A stretch of DNA of 64,000 bases from Actinomycetes bacterium (GTDB lineage Bacteria; Actinomycetota; Actinomycetes; Propionibacteriales; Propionibacteriaceae), in the NCBI GenBank assembly GCA_023425145.1, contig JAFADF010000065.1:11528-75527 (forward strand), written 5' to 3'. Of this stretch, positions 26,400 to 38,497 are shown one piece after another (within the stretch, counting starts at the first letter, position 1; each line of letters begins with the position of its first letter). The position numbers and the translations under genes were made by a program. The notes under the pieces were generated by a model. It was not told the origin of the DNA, did not search any database, and saw only the letters and a program-made list of their open reading frames with translations.

Positions 26400-27920
26400 A
26401 TGAGCCTGCTACGCACCAAGTCGATCGAACAGTCGATCGCCGACACCGATGAGCCGGAGTACCAGCTCAAACGGTCGCTTTCCGCCCTCGATCTGACCGT
26501 CTTCGGGGTCGGCGTGGTGATCGGCGCCGGCATCTTCACCCTGACCGGACGGGCCGCCCACAACGTCGCCGGACCGGCCATCGTGATCAGCTTCGTGATC
26601 GCGGCCCTCGCCTGCGCGCTGGCGGCCATGTGTTATGCGGAATTCGCATCGACGGTGCCCGTGTCCGGCTCGGCCTACACCTTCTCCTACGCCTCGCTGG
26701 GCGAGATCTTCGCCTGGATCATCGGCTGGGACCTGATCCTGGAGATGTTCCTGGGTGCGTCCGTGGTCGCTCAAGGCTGGAGCGCCTACTTCGGCGCCTT
26801 CCTCGGAAAGCTCGGCATCACCTTGCCGGCAGCGCTCAGCTACGGCGGCGTCGTCGACCTGCCCGCAGTCGTGCTGGTGCTCGTCCTGGGCGTCCTGGTC
26901 ACCTTCGGGATCAAGGAGTCGCTGCGGGTGAACCTGGTCCTGGTCGGGCTGAAGCTGTTCATCGTCTTGTTCGTGATCATCGCCGGCATCTTCTTCATCA
27001 ATCCGGCCAACTACTCCCCATTCATCCCCGCCGCCGTGCCGAGCACCGCGACCGGATCGGTCCTGACTCAGCCGCTGCTGCAATTCTTGACCGGGGCCGT
27101 GCCGTCCAACTTCGGCATCGGCGGCATCCTCTCTGGTGCGGCGCTGGTCTTCTTCGCCTACATCGGCTTCGACGTGGTGGCCACCACCGCCGAGGAGACC
27201 AAGAACCCGCAGCGGGATCTGCCGATCGGCATCATCGCGTCCCTGATCATCTGCACGGTGCTCTATGGCGCGGTGGCGCTGGTCGTGACCGGCATGGTGC
27301 CCTACGACAAGCTCGACCCGTCCGCCGCACTGGCCAACGCCTTCGCCTACCACGGCCAGGCCTGGATGGCCACGCTGATCGCCGCCGGCGCCGTGGCCGG
27401 CCTGACCACGGTGGTGCTGACCTTGATGATCGGCGCCACCCGGTTGATCTTCGCCATGTCCCGGGACGCCCTGCTGCCGATGGGCCTGGCCAAGGTGCAC
27501 CCGAAGTTCCGCACCCCCTGGCTGATCACCATCATCGTCACGGCCGCGGTGGCCGTGGTCGCCGGCTTCACTCCGGTCGGTGTGCTCGAAGAGATGGTGA
27601 ACATCGGCACGCTCTCGGCGTTCGTGCTGGTCTCGATCGGGGTGATCCTGCTGCGCCACAAGCGCCCCGATCTGCCCCGCGCCTTCCGGGTGCCGTGGGT
27701 GCCGGTGCTACCGATCGCGTCCGCGCTGATCTGTGGCTACCTGATGCTCAACCTGTCAGTGGAGACCTGGCTGCGGTTCGTGATCTGGCTGGCGATCGGC
27801 TTCGTCATCTACTTCTCCTACTCCTTCCGCAACTCGCGGTTGGCCACCGGGAAGCCGATCCACCCCGACATCGCGGCAGCCATGGAGTCCGGAATCATCC
27901 ATCCGGACGACCTGCGCTGA
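26400..27920 (+). CDS. APC-family amino acid permease
   Basis: GVVIGAGIF, YAEFAS..GSAY, FFAYIGFD, EETKNPQRDLP; 12+ TMs. Confidence 0.93.
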   Translation: MSLLRTKSIEQSIADTDEPEYQLKRSLSALDLTVFGVGVVIGAGIFTLTGRAAHNVAGPAIVISFVIAALACALAAMCYAEFASTVPVSGSAYTFSYASLGEIFAWIIGWDLILEMFLGASVVAQGWSAYFGAFLGKLGITLPAALSYGGVVDLPAVVLVLVLGVLVTFGIKESLRVNLVLVGLKLFIVLFVIIAGIFFINPANYSPFIPAAVPSTATGSVLTQPLLQFLTGAVPSNFGIGGILSGAALVFFAYIGFDVVATTAEETKNPQRDLPIGIIASLIICTVLYGAVALVVTGMVPYDKLDPSAALANAFAYHGQAWMATLIAAGAVAGLTTVVLTLMIGATRLIFAMSRDALLPMGLAKVHPKFRTPWLITIIVTAAVAVVAGFTPVGVLEEMVNIGTLSAFVLVSIGVILLRHKRPDLPRAFRVPWVPVLPIASALICGYLMLNLSVETWLRFVIWLAIGFVIYFSYSFRNSRLATGKPIHPDIAAAMESGIIHPDDLR

Positions 27921-28038
27921 CCGGCTCGGCTCGTCCGCGCCGGGGCTGCTGAACCGGGCGCGGTGACCTGGACGTGGGCCGGACCCACCCTCTCCTCCTC
28001 GAGGGTCGTCCGGCCCATTCACTCCGGCTTCCCTTCTC

Positions 28039-28110
28039 ATCGAGGGCTCGCCTTGACGCCCAGAGCTCGTCCCCTGGGCGGAGCCTTCGCCGCTAAGGCG
28101 AGCCCTCGAT
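28039..28110. repeat. ~70-bp palindromic element, copy 1 (supplies the stop codon of the adjacent gene)
   Basis: atcgagggctcgcctt...aaggcgagccctcgat. Confidence 0.8.
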
Positions 28111-28992
28111 CGAGCCGTTGAGCGCCCGTCGGAGTCGGACGACCAAGTTTGGGTCCCACAGGTCCGACCCCGTCCATCGGACGACTCGAATCCCCTCATC
28201 GACGAGCCTCTGCTCGCGTCGCTTCTCGTCACGGATGACGTCCTCGACGCTTTGGCCGGGCCGCACCAAGGCGCCGTACTTGACCATGCCGTCGAACTCA
28301 CCGGCCAGGCGACACCACGCCCACCAGAAGTCGAGCCGCCCAATCAGGTTCCCCCAGCGACTATGGACGTCATGCTGGAGTTCCGGAGTGGGCAGCCCGG
28401 CCTGGTGAATCCGCACTCGGCTCAACGACTCGCCGGGGCTCTCGGCCCGCCCGTCCGCGAAGTGGAGCACCCGAGCCGCCATCCGACACCCGCGTCCACC
28501 GCCGGCGATGGACGCCGCCAGTTCGCCGGCGTTCGCACCCTGCCGGAGCCCGGCGTCGGCGACCATCACCGCTTCTGGAAACGGCAGGCGCCGGGTCAGG
28601 TCGGAGACTGTGCGGGCCAACGACGTGACTGGAACCCCGTCCACTGTTGTGACTTCACTCGGGGCCAGCGCCGCCCGTCGGGCATGCAAGGTGTCGGTGA
28701 TGATGCCGTGCCCTCCCCCGGTGCGTAGCACGACAACCTGGGCGAGCCGGGAGTTGAGCAGCGGCAGTCCGTGGAGCACTGCGGCCGATTCGTGCCCGAA
28801 GTAGGTACCTGGTTCGAGCAGCTCGATCGCTGCGAGGATTTTGGCCCGATGAAGGCTCAGCGCGTCCGGCGGCTCACCCTCAAGGACGGTTCCCCTGCGC
28901 AGCCGGATCAGCTGACCCTGGCCAAGGCCGGATCGCAGCTCGGATCGGGTGCGTCCCTCGTCCTGCCACTGCCTGGTTGTGATGACTCTCAT
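28093..28992 (-). CDS. AbiEi-like wHTH + DUF559/Vsr-like putative endonuclease
   Basis: [54 protein letters not shown]. Confidence 0.8.
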   Translation of the reverse strand: MRVITTRQWQDEGRTRSELRSGLGQGQLIRLRRGTVLEGEPPDALSLHRAKILAAIELLEPGTYFGHESAAVLHGLPLLNSRLAQVVVLRTGGGHGIITDTLHARRAALAPSEVTTVDGVPVTSLARTVSDLTRRLPFPEAVMVADAGLRQGANAGELAASIAGGGRGCRMAARVLHFADGRAESPGESLSRVRIHQAGLPTPELQHDVHSRWGNLIGRLDFWWAWCRLAGEFDGMVKYGALVRPGQSVEDVIRDEKRREQRLVDEGIRVVRWTGSDLWDPNLVVRLRRALNGSIEGSP

Positions 28993-29083
28993 GCCCTGCA
29001 CTGTGGGGCGCATGGTGGTGATCCGTTCACAATCCACAGGTCGAATCCGCGGCGCCTTCGGCCCTCTGCCCCGCCGTCCGCAC

Positions 29084-29151
29084 CGAGGGCTCGCCTTGCT
29101 GCCGAAGGCTCGTCCCTGGGCAGAAGCCCTCGACGCGGAGGCGAGCCCTCG
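29084..29151. repeat. ~70-bp palindromic element, copy 2 (inverted relative to copy 1)
   Basis: cgagggctcgcctt...gaggcgagccctcg. Confidence 0.8.
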
Positions 29152-29289
29152 CCGCAAATGGGACGGTTCTCTTGCCCTCATTCACGCTGGTGCTCTACCC
29201 CGGCCGAGGCCGCTGACCGCACCCTCGAATCGGGCCGAACGGCCGGACCGGTAGACTTAGCGGGTTCCCGCTTCAGACCGGAGTCCCGC

Positions 29290-31152
<1,863 letters not shown>

Positions 31153-31196
31153 CCTCGCCGATCTCCGGAGAAGGTTCCTGCCGCTTGCCCTGACCA

Positions 31197-31345
31197 GGTG
31201 GACGGTAATGGAACCGTCCCCGGCGGTCAGGGTGGACGGTAATGGAACCGTCCCCGGTAGTCAGGGTGGACGGTAATGGAACCGTCCCCGGGGGCGGTTC
31301 GGGCATCTGGCTCTGACCAGGATGGACGGTAATGGAACCGTCCCC
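31197..31345 (+). repeat. REP-like array of four 25-bp palindromic units
   Basis: ggtggacggtaatggaaccgtcccc at 31197, 31231, 31265 (34-bp period) and 31321. Confidence 0.85.
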
Positions 31346-31458
31346 AGCGGTCAGAATCCGGCCAATCCGGCCGAGCGTTGCACGCGTTGGCCAGCAGCCT
31401 CTTCCTGCGGTGTCCGGTCCCATAGACTCGGGCCAACGACACCCCTGGGAGAGCGTGA

Positions 31459-32439
31459 ATGACCTTCCCGACCGGCTGGGACGGGCCGAAGTACTTCGCC
31501 GCCCAGTTGGCACCCGAGCCGGTTCGGACCGATTGGTCTGCGCCGACGGGTGAGCCTGGGATCATCCAGCCTCGTCCGCTTTCCTTCGGGGACATCCTCG
31601 GTGGGATCTTCAGCGCCGTCCGCTACTCCCCCGGGACGATGTTCGGCCTGACGGTGGTCCTGACCCTTGCCGCCCAGCTGATCGGCATCGGCGTGGGCTA
31701 CCTGCTCGGCCAGGAGTTCGGCTTCGATCCATTCGCCGAGGACGAGGCGGGCCTGCCGACCCTGTCGTGGGCCAGCCTGATCGGACTTGCTGCGACGAGC
31801 TTCGCCGAACTGATCACCGGGATCGGGCTGCGCTGGGCCACCTTCCAGGCGGTTCTGGCCAAGAAGGCGGCCCCGCTGGATGCGGCCCGCCAGATCGTCC
31901 GCCGATTCTGGGCGATGGTGGGGCTGTACACCGTGATGCTGCTGATCTGGGCGGCTCCGGTCACGGCGCTGATCCTGGTGCTGGCTCCCAGCTTCGCCGA
32001 CAATCCGGACGGCGTCGCCCCGGCCGTGGCGATTCCGGCCACGCTGGGGCTCGCCACGGTGATGGCGTGGCTGAGCGTGCGGCTGATCCTGGCCCCCTGC
32101 GTGGTCGCCATCGAGAATCGCGGGCCGTTCGCTGCCATCCGGCGCAGCTGGTTCCTCACCCGAGGCCGCTTCTGGCGGATCGTCGGCATCTATCTGGGCA
32201 GCATGATGCTGATCTGGATGGCCACCAATGTCCTCTCCACCGTGTTCACCCTGGCCAGTGCCCTGATCGCCGCCGGGAACACCGAGCTGGCCTCCACCAT
32301 CGTGCTCAGCGCATCGTCCCTGACCAGTGCCGTGTTCAGCCTGCCGCTGACCAGTGCCCTGGCCACCTTGATCTACGTGGACGCCCGGATTCGGGCCGAA
32401 GCCTTCGATCTGGAGCTCAGCGAGGAGCTGTTCGGATGA
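31459..32439 (+). CDS. Integral membrane protein (GDPD membrane-domain-like) of the MoxR cluster
   Basis: IQPRPLSFGDIL, AIRRSW.LTRGRFWR, YVDARIRAE. Confidence 0.8.
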   Translation: MTFPTGWDGPKYFAAQLAPEPVRTDWSAPTGEPGIIQPRPLSFGDILGGIFSAVRYSPGTMFGLTVVLTLAAQLIGIGVGYLLGQEFGFDPFAEDEAGLPTLSWASLIGLAATSFAELITGIGLRWATFQAVLAKKAAPLDAARQIVRRFWAMVGLYTVMLLIWAAPVTALILVLAPSFADNPDGVAPAVAIPATLGLATVMAWLSVRLILAPCVVAIENRGPFAAIRRSWFLTRGRFWRIVGIYLGSMMLIWMATNVLSTVFTLASALIAAGNTELASTIVLSASSLTSAVFSLPLTSALATLIYVDARIRAEAFDLELSEELFG

Positions 32440-33092
32440 GCCCGCCGCTGACCCCGAGCGCCGACGAGGCGCGCCGGCTGCTGTCCGACGAGCTGGGCAA
32501 GCCGATCTATCTGGATGCCCGCAACTGGCTGGTCGATCAGCTGCATAAGCTGATGGACTGGCTGAGCCAGTCGCCGCAACCGGGCCCCGGCGGTGCTCCA
32601 CTGAGCACCGGGCAGGGGTTGTGGATCGGCTTCGGCGTCGCCGTGGTGATCCTGGTGGTGATCTGGGCGCTGGCCGGTCCCCTGCGCGCCGAACGTCGCC
32701 AAGCCCGGGAACTCTTCGACAACGAGGAACGCAGCTCGTCCGACCTGCGCGGCGCTGCCACCGCCTTGGCCGCTGCCGGCGAATGGGGCCCGGCGCTGAT
32801 CGAGCTGTTCCGGGCCATGATCCGATCGCTCAGCGAGCGCGTCGTCATCGAGGAGTTCGCCGGGATGACCGCGGACGAGGCCAGCGCGCTGGCGTCCGTC
32901 CGACTGCCCGAGTTCGCCGACCGGTTGGCCCTGGCCGCCCGCGATTTCGACGCGGTCGCCTACGGCCACCAGTCCGGCAGCGCAGCCCAGTACCAACTGC
33001 TGGTCGAGCTGGACGCGGCCGTGGCCGCAGCCAAGCCGACCCCGCTGCACTCGAGGTCCGAGTCCGCGGTCTCGGTGGAGGTGGCCCCGTGA
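32436..33092 (+). CDS. DUF4129 domain protein
   Basis: ATGA overlap; EARRLL..EL..P.Y, TADE, FDAVAYG. Confidence 0.8.
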   Translation: MSPPLTPSADEARRLLSDELGKPIYLDARNWLVDQLHKLMDWLSQSPQPGPGGAPLSTGQGLWIGFGVAVVILVVIWALAGPLRAERRQARELFDNEERSSSDLRGAATALAAAGEWGPALIELFRAMIRSLSERVVIEEFAGMTADEASALASVRLPEFADRLALAARDFDAVAYGHQSGSAAQYQLLVELDAAVAAAKPTPLHSRSESAVSVEVAP

Positions 33093-34228
33093 ACCGGCGG
33101 CGCTGGGCGATCGGTGTCGGGATCGTCGTGGTCCTGTTCGCGGCCGTGGTGGCGACCAGCATCCTGCTGCCGACCAGCGCGGATCGGCTGCCCTGGTCGG
33201 TGACCAATCCGCGGCCGAACGGGGTGATGGCGCTGGCTCAGGTGCTGGGCAGCCAGGGCGTCCAGGTGCGTCAGGTGACCAGCCTGGACGAGGCCGCTCA
33301 CGCTCCGGCCGGGTCGACGCTGGCCATCGCGATCACCGAGGAGTTGTCCGAGGCTGCGGTGTCCCGGCTGCAGGCGTCCGGTGCTGACCTGGTGATCTTT
33401 TACGCCGCCACCGGGCCGATCGCCAGCGTGGCCGAGTTGAGCGACGGCAAGATCGGCACCACCTACTGGTGGCGGGAGAAGAAGGACCCGCCAGTCGGGT
33501 GCCCCGATGAGGACGCCCGCGCCGCCGGACGGATCAGCCCGTCCAACCTGGGCCTGTACGCAATCGGCAGCGAGGTGCGGCCCTGCTTCCTGGACTCGTC
33601 CGGCTACGGCCTCTACGCGACAGTGGACGCCCCGAACCACCGGGTGGCCGTGATCGCCGGCAGCAGCTGGCTGCGCAACGACACGATCACCGACGACGGC
33701 AATGCCGCCCTGGCCCTGCGAGTGCTGGGCCGGCACGCACAGCTGACCTGGTACCTGCCCGGCGCCGACGCCCTCACCCAGACCGGGACGACCACGCAGA
33801 TCGACCCGTACTCGCTGCTGCCCGGCTGGTTCTGGCCGGCCGGAGCCCTGTTCCTGGTGGCGCTGGCGGCAGCGGCGATCTGGCGTGGACGCCGATTCGG
33901 CCCGCTGGTGGCCGAGCAACTGCCGGTGGCCATGCCGGCCTCCGAGGTCTCCTCGGGGCTGGGCCGGCTGTACCGGCAGGCCCAGGCCCGAGGCCACGCG
34001 GCCGCCGCCCTGCGGGCCGCCAGCCTGCATCGGCTCGGCGCCCGGCTCGGTCTGCCCAGCGTGGCCAGCTCCGAGCTGGTCGTCGAGCGGCTGGCCCGGG
34101 CCAGTGGTGAACCGTCCCCGCTGATCCGGACGCTCTACTACGGACCCTCCCCCGAGACCGACTCCGACCTGGTGGCTCTGGCCACCCAACTGACCGATCT
34201 AGAAGCAAAGGTGACCAGCCATGAGTGA
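33089..34228 (+). CDS. DUF4350 domain protein
   Basis: GTGA overlap; NP.PNG..AL..VL, N..I...GNAALAL, WRGRRFGPLVAE.LPV. Confidence 0.8.
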   Translation: MNRRRWAIGVGIVVVLFAAVVATSILLPTSADRLPWSVTNPRPNGVMALAQVLGSQGVQVRQVTSLDEAAHAPAGSTLAIAITEELSEAAVSRLQASGADLVIFYAATGPIASVAELSDGKIGTTYWWREKKDPPVGCPDEDARAAGRISPSNLGLYAIGSEVRPCFLDSSGYGLYATVDAPNHRVAVIAGSSWLRNDTITDDGNAALALRVLGRHAQLTWYLPGADALTQTGTTTQIDPYSLLPGWFWPAGALFLVALAAAAIWRGRRFGPLVAEQLPVAMPASEVSSGLGRLYRQAQARGHAAAALRAASLHRLGARLGLPSVASSELVVERLARASGEPSPLIRTLYYGPSPETDSDLVALATQLTDLEAKVTSHE

Positions 34229-35204
34229 TCAGAACTTCGCGCCCGCTCCGGCCCTGAACCCGGCGCAGGAGGCGCTGAGCCGGGTCCGCGACGAGGTGGC
34301 CAAGGCGGTGGTCGGACAGAACGGCGCGGTCACCGGACTGCTGGTGGGCCTCCTGGTCGGCGGCCATGTGCTGCTGGAGGGCGTCCCCGGCGTCGCGAAG
34401 ACGCTGCTGGTCCGCTCATTGGCAGCCAGCCTGGAGCTGGGCACCAAGCGGGTCCAGTTCACTCCCGACCTGATGCCGGGCGACGTCACCGGCTCGCTGA
34501 TCTACGACGCCCAGGCCGCCCGCTTCGACTTCCGGCCCGGCCCGGTGTTCACCAACCTGCTGCTCGCCGACGAGATCAACCGGACGCCACCGAAGACCCA
34601 GGCCGCGCTGCTGGAGGCCATGGAAGAGGGCCAGGTCAGCGTGGACGGCACCCCGCGGCCGCTGCCGGATCCGTTCATGGTGATCGCCACCCAGAACCCG
34701 GTCGAGTACGAGGGCACCTACCCGCTGCCCGAGGCACAGCTGGACCGCTTCCTGCTCAAGCTGACCCTGCCGCTACCGCCGCGCGACGACGAGGTGCAGG
34801 TGCTGCGTCGGCACGCGTCCGGTTTCGATCCGCGCAACCTGGCCGGTGCCGGGTTGTCCGCGGTGGCCGGGCCGTCCGATCTGGTCGCCGCACGGGCCCA
34901 GGTCGCCGCCGTCCGGGTGGACGACCAGGTGCTGGCCTATGTGGTCGACCTGTGCCGAGCCACCCGTTCGGCGCCGTCGGTCTCGCTGGGCGCCTCTCCC
35001 CGTGGCGCCACGGCGCTGCTGAAGACGGCCCGCGCCTGGGCCTGGCTGAACGGACGCGACTTCGTCACCCCCGATGATGTGAAGGCCATGGCACCGGCAA
35101 CGCTGGGACACCGGCTGGCGATCCGCACCGAGGCGCAGCTGGACGGCACCACCGCCGCCGGAGTGCTCGCCAACGTGCTGGCCTCGCTGCCGGTGCCGCG
35201 CTGA
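34221..35204 (+). CDS. moxR: MoxR-family AAA+ ATPase
   Basis: [42 protein letters not shown]. Confidence 0.93.
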   Translation: MSDQNFAPAPALNPAQEALSRVRDEVAKAVVGQNGAVTGLLVGLLVGGHVLLEGVPGVAKTLLVRSLAASLELGTKRVQFTPDLMPGDVTGSLIYDAQAARFDFRPGPVFTNLLLADEINRTPPKTQAALLEAMEEGQVSVDGTPRPLPDPFMVIATQNPVEYEGTYPLPEAQLDRFLLKLTLPLPPRDDEVQVLRRHASGFDPRNLAGAGLSAVAGPSDLVAARAQVAAVRVDDQVLAYVVDLCRATRSAPSVSLGASPRGATALLKTARAWAWLNGRDFVTPDDVKAMAPATLGHRLAIRTEAQLDGTTAAGVLANVLASLPVPR

Positions 35205-35212
35205 GGTCTGCG

Positions 35213-36520
35213 ATGGCCATTTCGGGACGGGTGCCGCTGCTGGCCCTGATCGGGATCATCCCGGTGGTGCTCTGGCCGGCCCCGCTGGCGGTGCTGGGCT
35301 GGGCGCTGCTGGTCGCCGCCCTGGTCGCGGTCGATCTGATCCTGGCGCTGGCCCCACAGCGGCTGCTGCTCAGCCGTGATCTGCCCAGCAGCGTCCGACT
35401 CAGCCAGCCGGCCCGCTCCCGACTGACCGTGACCAATCCGTCCGGGCGCACCGCCCGGCTACAGCTGCGCGACGCCTGGCCGCCGAGCGCCCACCCGGCC
35501 GTGGAGCGCCCCCGGCTGGTGCTGCGCGGTGGCGAGTCGCTGCGGCAGACCACCCAGCTGATGCCGTCCCGGCGCGGCGACCTGGCCGCCGGCGGGGTGA
35601 CCGTCCGGTCCTTCGGCCCACTCGGCCTGGCCGCCCGCCAGCAGACGATCCCGGTGCCCGGGGTGCTGCGAGTGCTGCCGGAGTTTCGCTCCCGCAGCCA
35701 GCTGCCCTACCGGCTGGCTCGGCTGCGCGAGATGGACGGCCAGGCGTCGGTGCACGTCCGCGGCCAGGGCACCGAGTTCGATTCGTTGCGCGAGTATGCG
35801 ATCGGCGATGACGTCCGATCGATCGACTGGCGGGCCTCGGCCCGGGCCACCAAGACCATGGTCCGCACCTGGCGTCCCGAGCGTGACCGGCACATCCTGA
35901 TCGTCCTGGACACCTCCCGCTGGGCGGCCGGACGACTGGCCGGGCGTGACGGCAGCGACCAGACCCGATTGGATGCCGGCATCGAGACCTGCCTGCTGAT
36001 GGCCGCCCTCGGCGCTGCCTCCGGCGATCGGATCAGCCTGCTGGTGGCCGATCAGCAGATCCGGCTGCGACTGCCCGGCACCGGGAAGGGCTCGGTGCTG
36101 GCTGCCTTCGCCGACGGCCTGAGCCAGGTCGAGCCGGTGCTCGGCGAGCCGGACTGGACCCAGATCGCCGAGCAGGTGGCTCAGCTGTGCCGCCAGCGCA
36201 GCCTGGTGATCCTGGTCACCGGGCTGGACCCGGCGCTCTATGCCGACGGGGTCGGCACCGTGCTGGCCGGGCTCAGCACGGCTCACCAGGTGTTGATCGC
36301 CCACGTCACCGATCCGCACACGGCAGCCGCCGGCACCGCACCGGCCACCGCCACCGAGGCCTACGACGCCGCCGCCGACGCCCGGCTCTGGCTGGGCACC
36401 CAGGCATTGGTGCAGCGGGTCGGACGGCTCGGCGTAGACGTCGTCCAGGCCGACCCGGACGGACTGGCTCCGGCCGTCTGCGACCGGTATCTGGCCTTGA
36501 AGGCAGCCGGACGGCTGTAG
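35213..36520 (+). CDS. DUF58 (vWA-like) protein
   Basis: GQGTEFDSLREY..GDDVRSIDWRASAR, LDTSR. Confidence 0.88.
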   Translation: MAISGRVPLLALIGIIPVVLWPAPLAVLGWALLVAALVAVDLILALAPQRLLLSRDLPSSVRLSQPARSRLTVTNPSGRTARLQLRDAWPPSAHPAVERPRLVLRGGESLRQTTQLMPSRRGDLAAGGVTVRSFGPLGLAARQQTIPVPGVLRVLPEFRSRSQLPYRLARLREMDGQASVHVRGQGTEFDSLREYAIGDDVRSIDWRASARATKTMVRTWRPERDRHILIVLDTSRWAAGRLAGRDGSDQTRLDAGIETCLLMAALGAASGDRISLLVADQQIRLRLPGTGKGSVLAAFADGLSQVEPVLGEPDWTQIAEQVAQLCRQRSLVILVTGLDPALYADGVGTVLAGLSTAHQVLIAHVTDPHTAAAGTAPATATEAYDAAADARLWLGTQALVQRVGRLGVDVVQADPDGLAPAVCDRYLALKAAGRL

Positions 36521-36521
36521 C

Positions 36522-37517
36522 TCAGCCGGCCACCGGGACCAGGCTGGCCCGCTCCTCTTGGTTCAGCCCCGGGTCGGTGCCGAGCAGGACGGCGCGCCGT
36601 CCCACTCCGAAGATCACCACCCAGAAGCCGGCGAACAGCAGCGCACCCAGGCCGATCTTCAGCCACGGATCCATGTGCGAGCCGGTGACGAAGCCTTCGA
36701 CCAGGCCGCTGACGCCCAAGGCGATGGTCAGCGCGACCACCACGGCCATCGTGGTGCGGCCCTCCTCGGCCAGGCTCTGCCGCCGGGTCCGGGTGCCGGG
36801 CACCAGCCAGGCCCAGGCCAGCCGCATCCCGGCTGCTCCGGCCACGAAGACGCAGCTGAGCTCCAACAGGCCGTGCGGCAGGATCAGCGACCAGAACACC
36901 CAGTCGGCGTCCTGAACGTGCATCACCGCCCCCATCACCCCCACGTTGAGCGCGTTCTCGAACATCACGTGAGCCGGGTAGAGCCCGGTGATTCCGGTGG
37001 CCACGCAGAGCGCAGCGATGAAGGCGTTGTTCGTCCACACCTGCGCGGAGAAGCTGGCACTGGGGTATTCGGAGTAGTAGGACGCGAAGGCGTGCTCGGC
37101 GATCTCCCGCTGCTCGACCGGCGGCACCACGGCGGCGAGCAACTCGGGGTGGGTCACCGACCACCAGCCGGAGATCACCGCGACCAGCACGCTGAGCAGC
37201 GCGGTGGCCACCGCCCACCAACGGACCCGATACAGCGCGGACGGAATCGTCCGGGTGAAGAAGCCGAGCACCTGCGACCAGGTCAGGTCGTGCGGGCTGG
37301 CGATCCGGGAGCGAGCCTTGACCAGCGTCACCGAGAGCTGGGAGACCAGCACCGGATCGGGTGCGTTGGTTCGCAGCAAAGACAGATGGGTGGCACCTTG
37401 CCGGTAGAGCCGGACCAACTCGTCCGCCTCCGCCCCGGTCAGCCGACGCTGGGCCGACAGTGCTTGCAGCCGCTGCCAGCCGGCGCTCCGGGCACTGGCG
37501 AACACGTCGATGTCCAC
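36522..37517 (-). CDS. Stage II sporulation protein M-like membrane protein
   Basis: VWTNN, ILPHGLLEL, SGLVEGFVT. Confidence 0.87.
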   Translation of the reverse strand: MDIDVFASARSAGWQRLQALSAQRRLTGAEADELVRLYRQGATHLSLLRTNAPDPVLVSQLSVTLVKARSRIASPHDLTWSQVLGFFTRTIPSALYRVRWWAVATALLSVLVAVISGWWSVTHPELLAAVVPPVEQREIAEHAFASYYSEYPSASFSAQVWTNNAFIAALCVATGITGLYPAHVMFENALNVGVMGAVMHVQDADWVFWSLILPHGLLELSCVFVAGAAGMRLAWAWLVPGTRTRRQSLAEEGRTTMAVVVALTIALGVSGLVEGFVTGSHMDPWLKIGLGALLFAGFWVVIFGVGRRAVLLGTDPGLNQEERASLVPVAG

Positions 37518-37586
37518 GCGGGCAGCCTAGCCGCGAATCCGGTGGGAATCGGCCGTAATCAGGCCGAACGCGGATAGCCTCGTCCC

Positions 37587-38405
37587 GTGGCCGAAGAGAT
37601 CCTCACCGGAGAGGGCGTTGCCCTGCAGATCAGCCCGGCCTCGGTGCTGGCTCGAGCGGCCGCCTGGCTGATCGACGCGGCCGCCACAGTCTTCGTCGTC
37701 TTCGTCTCCTTCATACTGGTGCCGCTGGTGTGGGACACCGCGGACCTGGACACGGCACTGGCCCGGGCGGTCATCTATGTGGCCATCGTGGTGCTGTTCA
37801 TCGGGGTTCCGATCACGGTGGAGACGCTGAGCCGCGGACGGTCGCTGGGCAAGCTGGCGCTGGGCCTGCAGATCGTCCGCGATGACGGCGGGCCGGTCCG
37901 GCTGCGGCACACCTCAGTACGGGCCCTGGTCGGCTTCTTCGAGTTGTGGATGCTGTTCGGCGGGTTGGCCTTCCTGGTCTCGATGCTCAACGACCGCGGC
38001 AAGCGGGTCGGCGACTATCTGGCCGGCACGTACGCGATCCGCGTGCGCGGAGCGTCCGGCTTCGCTCCCCCGCTGTACCTGCCGATGGAGTTGGCCGGTT
38101 GGGTGGCCACGACCGATCTGCGGCCGCTGCCCAGCGGCCTGGCCCTGCGGGCACGGCAGTTCCTGGGCCGGGCCCACCGGTTCCCGCCGGCGATCCGGCA
38201 TCGGCTGGGGCTGCGAATCGCCGCCCAGCTGGAGTTGTTCGTGGCACCGGCACCGCCCTGGGGCACCTACCCCGAGCAGTTCATCTCCGCGGTGCTGTTC
38301 GAGCATCGCCGCCGGGAACAGGTGGCTCAGGATCGGCTGAGCCGGCAGTTGGCCGTCCAGCTGAGCGGCATCAACGACCTGCCGTATTCGATCGAGGACC
38401 GGTAG
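37587..38405 (+). CDS. RDD family membrane protein
   Basis: TGEGVAL, R..A.LID, GRSLGK..LGL, KRVGDYLAGT. Confidence 0.87.
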   Translation: MAEEILTGEGVALQISPASVLARAAAWLIDAAATVFVVFVSFILVPLVWDTADLDTALARAVIYVAIVVLFIGVPITVETLSRGRSLGKLALGLQIVRDDGGPVRLRHTSVRALVGFFELWMLFGGLAFLVSMLNDRGKRVGDYLAGTYAIRVRGASGFAPPLYLPMELAGWVATTDLRPLPSGLALRARQFLGRAHRFPPAIRHRLGLRIAAQLELFVAPAPPWGTYPEQFISAVLFEHRRREQVAQDRLSRQLAVQLSGINDLPYSIEDR

Positions 38406-38414
38406 CCTCAGATT

Positions 38415-38445
38415 TTTGCAGTCCTGCAAACTTGCAGTACTGTAA
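38415..38445. promoter_or_regulatory. Tandem palindromic operators (probable TetR sites)
   Basis: TTTGCAG-tc-CTGCAAA and TTGCAG-ta-CTGTAA upstream of the MFS-tetR pair. Confidence 0.65.
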
Positions 38446-38497
38446 TGAACGCGCCGCTGCACGATGCAGTGGCGTTGTTCGTTTGATGAGGCTCTGA

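Noticed and set aside
31197..31345. Possible CRISPR array
   Set aside because: Linkers are only about 9 bp and near-identical, there are no cas genes, and the same unit recurs at 45.7 kb; this fits REP-like repeats
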